Assembly: GCA_964625535.1 (NCBI GenBank)
Contig: CAZVEX010000002.1
Span: forward strand, 85,559-149,558
DNA: 64,000 nucleotides
From: an uncultured Gammaproteobacteria bacterium
GTDB lineage: Bacteria; Patescibacteriota; Microgenomatia; Daviesbacterales; UBA10151
Direction: 5' to 3'
Every line of letters begins with the position of its first letter. Within the stretch, counting starts at the first letter, position 1. Made by a program: the position numbers and the translations under genes. Under the pieces are notes generated by a model. It was not told the DNA's origin and made no database searches. It was given only the letters and a program-made list of their open reading frames with translations. Shown in pieces: positions 58,561 to 64,000 of the stretch.

Positions 58561-59143
58561 TCTCTCCTTCAACCGTAGTGATGCTGGAAACTCTGGCGCC
58601 AAATTGTTCTCTTTCTTTATTGATCAACCGCTCCAGCAGATTTTTAATTTCCATCGGATAATCAACAAATTTGAGCACAATTTCCCCTTTGTTTAACCCG
58701 GCGGTGTTGACAATGATTGAGCCGTGATGAAGAAGCAATCTGTCGACCACATTTTGCACCACTTCCAAATGAGTGATTTTGTCATACAGGGCGGCAGTCA
58801 GTTTAACGGAAAAAAGACCCCGTTTGATAATGACGCGTCTGGTGGTAAGCAAATATCTGTTGGCATGATATACATGCATGGTGCGAAGGATGGCCGAAAG
58901 GAGCATGGCGGATAAAGCCAGGACAGTAGCCCACGTTTTAGAAAAGCCCAACAGCCAGCCCGCGCCTAAACCAAATCCGAAAAAGATTATTCCCGGAAAA
59001 AGCAAATAGATAATAAGTTTGGAACGGATAAAAGCCTTTGATAGACCTGTAACCAAAATAAGCTCCTCGTCTTCGGAAAGGTAGGGGGAAAAGGCTTTTT
59101 TTTGCTTGGGAGTTGGGGACTCCTTGTAATGAAACTTAGCCAT
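58550..59143 (-). CDS. Bacterial PH-domain (bPH_2/YdbS-like) membrane protein
   Basis: Two transmembrane helices followed by a PH-like domain (YLLTTRRVIIKRGLFSVKLTAALYDKITHLEVVQ). Confidence 0.55.
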   Translation of the reverse strand: MAKFHYKESPTPKQKKAFSPYLSEDEELILVTGLSKAFIRSKLIIYLLFPGIIFFGFGLGAGWLLGFSKTWATVLALSAMLLSAILRTMHVYHANRYLLTTRRVIIKRGLFSVKLTAALYDKITHLEVVQNVVDRLLLHHGSIIVNTAGLNKGEIVLKFVDYPMEIKNLLERLINKEREQFGARVSSITTVEGEIIS

Positions 59144-59163
59144 TAACTATATTGTAACAGATT

Positions 59164-61084
<1,921 letters not shown>

Positions 61085-61088
61085 ATTT

Positions 61089-61136
61089 TTATTCCAAAAT
61101 TGCCATTAAGTCGTCAAATTTTAATATCTTAGCCAT
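61089..61136 (-). repeat. 15-codon chimeric mini-ORF ([15 protein letters not shown]): groEL-start-like 5' half fused to a groES-tail duplicate
   Basis: ATGGCTAAGATATTAAAATTTGAC against the groEL start ATGGCGAAGATATTGAAGTTTGAT, then AAATTTGACGACTTAATGGCAATTTTGGAATAA against the groES tail AAATTTGACGACTTAATGGCAATACTTGAATAA. It forms a diverged direct repeat with 61543-61575. Confidence 0.8.
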
Positions 61137-61493
61137 TTAATATTCCTCCCCTGAAACTAAAGCATCTCCTGGTATTTCAGCTATGGACCCTCCTGCCAGA
61201 TCTATACCAACTTGACCAGATAAATCAAGTTTAAGTTCTTCTCCGGCGGAAAGCCTCACAACAAATCCAGTTCCCAGACCCAATACAGCCCTCAATGTAT
61301 GTCTTACAATTAACAGAGAGTTAAGATCTTCTGCTGCTGCTCTCATAGTTTCTGCTCTTTCCGGTAAACCGCGTACATTATCAACATCCAACTGCCTAAA
61401 ACTGTCTGCAGTGGCTTCTTGAGCCACTTGCACTTTCCCATCTATTAATTTCAGGAAGTTCTTTGCTCTTATTTCTACATTAGTTTCTGCCAT
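61137..61493 (-). CDS. Hypothetical 118-aa protein inserted between groES and groEL (gene X)
   Basis: ATG ORF with an AAGGAAAAAT ribosome-binding site. It is flanked by the two groES-tail repeat copies. Ala/Gly/Leu/Glu-rich with no recognisable family. Confidence 0.4.
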   Translation of the reverse strand: MAETNVEIRAKNFLKLIDGKVQVAQEATADSFRQLDVDNVRGLPERAETMRAAAEDLNSLLIVRHTLRAVLGLGTGFVVRLSAGEELKLDLSGQVGIDLAGGSIAEIPGDALVSGEEY

Positions 61494-61544
61494 ATTTTTC
61501 CTTTTTTGTTTTTCCCTTTATACTTGATACATAATACTTTATAC

Positions 61545-61865
61545 TTATTCAAGTATTGCCATTAAGTCGTCAAATTTCACCAGTTTATATTCTCTTCCCT
61601 CGATTTTTATTTCATCTCCGCCCCATTTTTTATAAACCACTCTGTCCCCTACCTTAACAGGACATTTCATAACTTTGCCACCCTCCAAAACCAGATCATC
61701 CCCGCAAGAAATAACCTTTCCCTGGGCCGGTTTTTCCTGGGCGCTCTCCGGCAAGATTATACCTGATGCAGTAGTAGTCTCCGCCTCCTGCGGTTCAACA
61801 AGAACATACCCCATGAGGGGTTTAATGTTTAATTTTGAAGCTATATTCTTTTTTATCTTGACCAT
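61545..61865 (-). CDS. groES: Co-chaperonin GroES
   Basis: NIKPLMGYVLVEP...GIILPESAQEKPAQGKVISCG...GDRVVYKKWGG...KFDDLMAILE. The exact start is uncertain, with an 11-aa N-terminal extension if the ATG at 61865 is used. Confidence 0.85.
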   Translation of the reverse strand: MVKIKKNIASKLNIKPLMGYVLVEPQEAETTTASGIILPESAQEKPAQGKVISCGDDLVLEGGKVMKCPVKVGDRVVYKKWGGDEIKIEGREYKLVKFDDLMAILE

Positions 61866-61897
61866 GAAATTTTAAGAGGCAGTTTAAACTAACGGGT

Positions 61898-61936
61898 ATT
61901 TTACAAAAACTAGCACTACTTGTCAAGACCTGCTAA
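61898..61936 (-). promoter_or_regulatory. groES promoter with an overlapping CIRCE-like operator
   Basis: Minus strand: TTGACA (61921-61926), a 17-nt spacer, TAAAAT (61898-61903). The CIRCE-like element at 61910-61936 reads CTAGCACTA-N9-ACCTGCTAA on the plus strand and shares GCACTA...CTGCTAA with the hrcA site. Confidence 0.6.
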
Positions 61937-62728
61937 TTTTTGCTTGTAAAGAGCTAGAATTTTCCCTCTAACATCTTGGGGATGGAAATACAGCGCCCCA
62001 TCTTCTATCCGCTCCATACCTTTTGGTTGTTGCATGATCTTGAGTTGGAACCATTTAGCTATACTTTCTATAAAATCAAAAAATGATTTATGATTTATGA
62101 TTAAAGATTTATGAATATTTCTTCTCAAATCACTGGAACTAATCCAATTAGGCAAAAACTTAAAAGCCCAAGAATTATCTTCCAGATACTTTTGGTAAAC
62201 CCCTTCTCTTTGCCATAAAACTCTCATTTGCAGTACTTCATGTGCAAGATAGATATCTTTGTTTTTTTGCTCTAATCTATCTTCTTCAAGTAAAGTATTT
62301 ATACAGATTTTTCCGGCAACTCTTGTTGGCAAATCACCCCTTTTTCTTCTTTGCCCTGTTAAAATTAACAGACCTAGTACCAATAATCTGCTAATCCACA
62401 GTCTATTCTTGGCAGTAATTAAAAATAAATCTATATCATCTTTTTTCCCGGCATTATTCATCGCCAGACTCCCTGATACGCCAACCAGTTTGATCCAAGG
62501 GATAATTTTCAAAAACAGCGAAATAAACTTGGCTTTTTTTAAATATATGGCTGATTGTCTTTCTCTATATCTTCTTTTTGCTACCCGTAAATCTTTCTTC
62601 CTCAATGCCTTCTCAACTTGTCTTAAATTAGCTTTTTTCCCTATCAACCATTTGTGGACTTCCCGCAAAGTCATGGGGTAATCAAAGATGTCCGCATAAA
62701 TTAAAGTTTTTAAGATGGCCTTTTCCAT
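61916..62728 (-). CDS. Pol-beta-superfamily nucleotidyltransferase-fold protein (hypothetical)
   Basis: Minimal NTase motif GVSGSLAMNNAGKKDDIDLFLI (GSxxxGx5-6DxD). Its 3' end overlaps the groES CIRCE/promoter. Confidence 0.45.
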   Translation of the reverse strand: MEKAILKTLIYADIFDYPMTLREVHKWLIGKKANLRQVEKALRKKDLRVAKRRYRERQSAIYLKKAKFISLFLKIIPWIKLVGVSGSLAMNNAGKKDDIDLFLITAKNRLWISRLLVLGLLILTGQRRKRGDLPTRVAGKICINTLLEEDRLEQKNKDIYLAHEVLQMRVLWQREGVYQKYLEDNSWAFKFLPNWISSSDLRRNIHKSLIINHKSFFDFIESIAKWFQLKIMQQPKGMERIEDGALYFHPQDVRGKILALYKQKLAGLDK

Positions 62729-62743
62729 GGTACAATTCTACAC

Positions 62744-63643
62744 ATGTTAATGAGTAAAATCACCACCCTGCAAATTGGCGGTGAGGCTAAAGATTTTCAA
62801 GTTGTCCATACGGAGCAGGAATTACTTGATCTGATCAAAAATAATCCGGAATTTTTAATCATTGGTGGGGGCAGTAATTTATTGGTTTCTGATAAAGGAG
62901 TAGATAAACTTGTTATTCAAAATAAAATTACTGGAATAGTCCAAAATGTAAACATTTTAACTGTCAAGTCCGGGACTATTTTGCAGAATCTAGTAGATTA
63001 TTCTATTGCCCATGGATTAGCAGGACTACAAAAATTAACCGGCATTCCCGGAACTGTGGGCGGGGCTGTTTTTGGCAGTGCCGGAGCCTATGGCCAAAGT
63101 ATTTCCGACAACATTATTTCTGTTGTCGTCCTGAGCGAGCGAAGCGAGTCGAAGGATCTCTCAAAAGATGAATGTGGCTTTGGCTACCGCGACAGCATTT
63201 TCAAGAAAAACCATGACATTATTTTAGAAGTCACTTTCCAGTTGCAGCCAGGAAATCCAAAAACTTTAGCCCAGGAGGCTAAAGAGATTTTAGCAAAAAG
63301 ATTGGTCAAATACCCCAAAGGCATAAAATGTCCGGGGTCATTTTTCAAAAACATTGTGGCAGATACTTTACCCAAAGAGATTTTAGAAAAAATCCCGACG
63401 GGAAAAATAGTTTATGGCAAACTCCCTGCAGGCAGTTTGCTGGAAGAAGTGGGAGCCAAAGGAGCGAAATTAGACGGCATAGAAATTGCCGGCTATCATG
63501 CCAATTTGTTTATAAATAAAGGTGGGGGCACTGCCAAAGCTTTTTATGATCTGGCCAGAAAATATGCCCTAGCGGTCAAACAAAAATTCGGCATAACTTT
63601 AGAACCCGAAGTCCAACTGATTAATCTACCGCCAATTGCGTGA
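62744..63643 (+). CDS. murB: UDP-N-acetylenolpyruvoylglucosamine reductase
   Basis: FAD-binding domain (LQIGGEAKDF, IGGGSNLL, GIPGTVGGAVFGSAGAYG) and the MurB C-terminal domain. Confidence 0.85.
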   Translation: MLMSKITTLQIGGEAKDFQVVHTEQELLDLIKNNPEFLIIGGGSNLLVSDKGVDKLVIQNKITGIVQNVNILTVKSGTILQNLVDYSIAHGLAGLQKLTGIPGTVGGAVFGSAGAYGQSISDNIISVVVLSERSESKDLSKDECGFGYRDSIFKKNHDIILEVTFQLQPGNPKTLAQEAKEILAKRLVKYPKGIKCPGSFFKNIVADTLPKEILEKIPTGKIVYGKLPAGSLLEEVGAKGAKLDGIEIAGYHANLFINKGGGTAKAFYDLARKYALAVKQKFGITLEPEVQLINLPPIA

Positions 63644-63647
63644 TACT

Positions 63648-63932
63648 TTAAGCCAATTTGGCCCGATGTTGCAGGATATTAGCCCAGGTTAGGATATCCT
63701 CCGCCCATATTTTATTAAGTTCTATATTATTTTTGAGAGACTCAAATTTTCTTTTGAAATTTGCAAAAGTTGACTCAAATCTGTCACTTTTAGGAGTCTT
63801 TTCAAGTTTGTCCAGATAATTTTCCGTTTCCTGTAAAAATTGTTTAACCCGCTCTTTTCTTTTCTCCATGGCAAAACGGGAAATTCTTCCCAGATTAACA
63901 GCAATATTTAAAGTTAAATCCTCCGCATTCAT
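63648..63932 (-). CDS. Hypothetical helical protein
   Basis: 94-aa charged alpha-helical ORF with no recognisable family. Confidence 0.3.
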   Translation of the reverse strand: MNAEDLTLNIAVNLGRISRFAMEKRKERVKQFLQETENYLDKLEKTPKSDRFESTFANFKRKFESLKNNIELNKIWAEDILTWANILQHRAKLA

Positions 63933-64000
63933 TTTAACAGCCTTCTGATTATTTCTTCCATCTTTTTTCTAATATTTTGCGATAACACCTCTCTGCTGGG

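Noticed and set aside
61916-62728. Whether the 270-aa gene next to groES is an encapsulin shell, given the GSLGIG motif in gene Y
   Set aside because: It carries a Pol-beta nucleotidyltransferase GS-x9-DxD motif and no resemblance to HK97-fold encapsulins as far as I can recall. The length match is coincidental.
63929-64000. Open minus-strand frame at the window end (…PSREVLSQNIRKKMEEIIRRLLK*) overlapping the start of the 63648-63932 gene by ATGA
   Set aside because: Only 24 codons are visible. That is not enough to call a gene or a product.

Overview
Part 1. The window reads as a gene-dense stretch of a low-GC bacterial chromosome that is dominated by housekeeping genes. Compact protein forms (IF2 beginning at its G domain, AlaRS without the C-Ala domain, DnaJ without the zinc finger), a type-IV-pilus-like PilN/PilO cluster, a sortase and a FemAB homolog are consistent with a streamlined Gram-positive-like or Patescibacteria-like lineage. 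That is inference from gene content only. From 1 to 34083 almost all genes are on the minus strand: rpoB (N-terminal part), NUDIX, mltG, ruvX, sortase, a PilM/FtsA-like fusion protein, alaS, a RodZ-like protein, tsaC, ftsK, rnj, a Lon-like AAA+ module, pnp, rpsO, a DHH-like protein, an RTX-repeat protein, infB, nusA, the hrcA-grpE-dnaK-dnaJ operon, an MFS transporter, an LD-carboxypeptidase, lepA and murJ. From 34145 the layout is mixed-strand: rpsT, PilN/PilO plus an FN3/dockerin-like protein, holA, an LCP protein, tpiA, an alkyltransferase-like protein, trxA, a UvrD/PcrA helicase, a G5/3D protein, FemAB, sbcCD, metG, tatD, an envelope-glycan cluster (processive GT2, WecA-like, DPPR-synthase-like UbiA), a PEGA protein, an M23 peptidase, groES/groEL and murB. 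I found no rRNA, tRNA, CRISPR array, transposase or integrase.

Part 2. The main observation is in the groES-groEL operon, which is interrupted by two uncharacterised small genes (118 aa and 100 aa). These are bracketed by a diverged direct repeat of the groES 3' end. The inner repeat copy forms a 15-codon mini-ORF whose 5' half matches the groEL start and whose 3' half matches the groES tail, which is a rearrangement scar. The 100-aa protein ends in GSLGIG, which resembles an encapsulin cargo-loading peptide, but I could recognise no shell gene. CIRCE operators with lineage-specific arms sit upstream of both hrcA and groES.

Other observations:
- A Lon AAA+ module that lacks both the N-terminal domain and the protease domain.
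- PNPase with an RGG-rich tail.
- A catalytically degenerate NrnA-like DHH protein inside an RNA-decay gene cluster.
- A secreted RTX beta-roll mini-protein.
- A tandem heptanucleotide repeat (five EcoRI sites) inside the femAB coding sequence, which could slip and shift the frame.
- An alkyltransferase-like protein with a PWHRV motif.
- An HxlR operator palindrome.
- A terminator-like hairpin abutting the nusA start codon.

The ORF track uses GTG/TTG as well as ATG starts, so several 5' ends were re-evaluated by hand.
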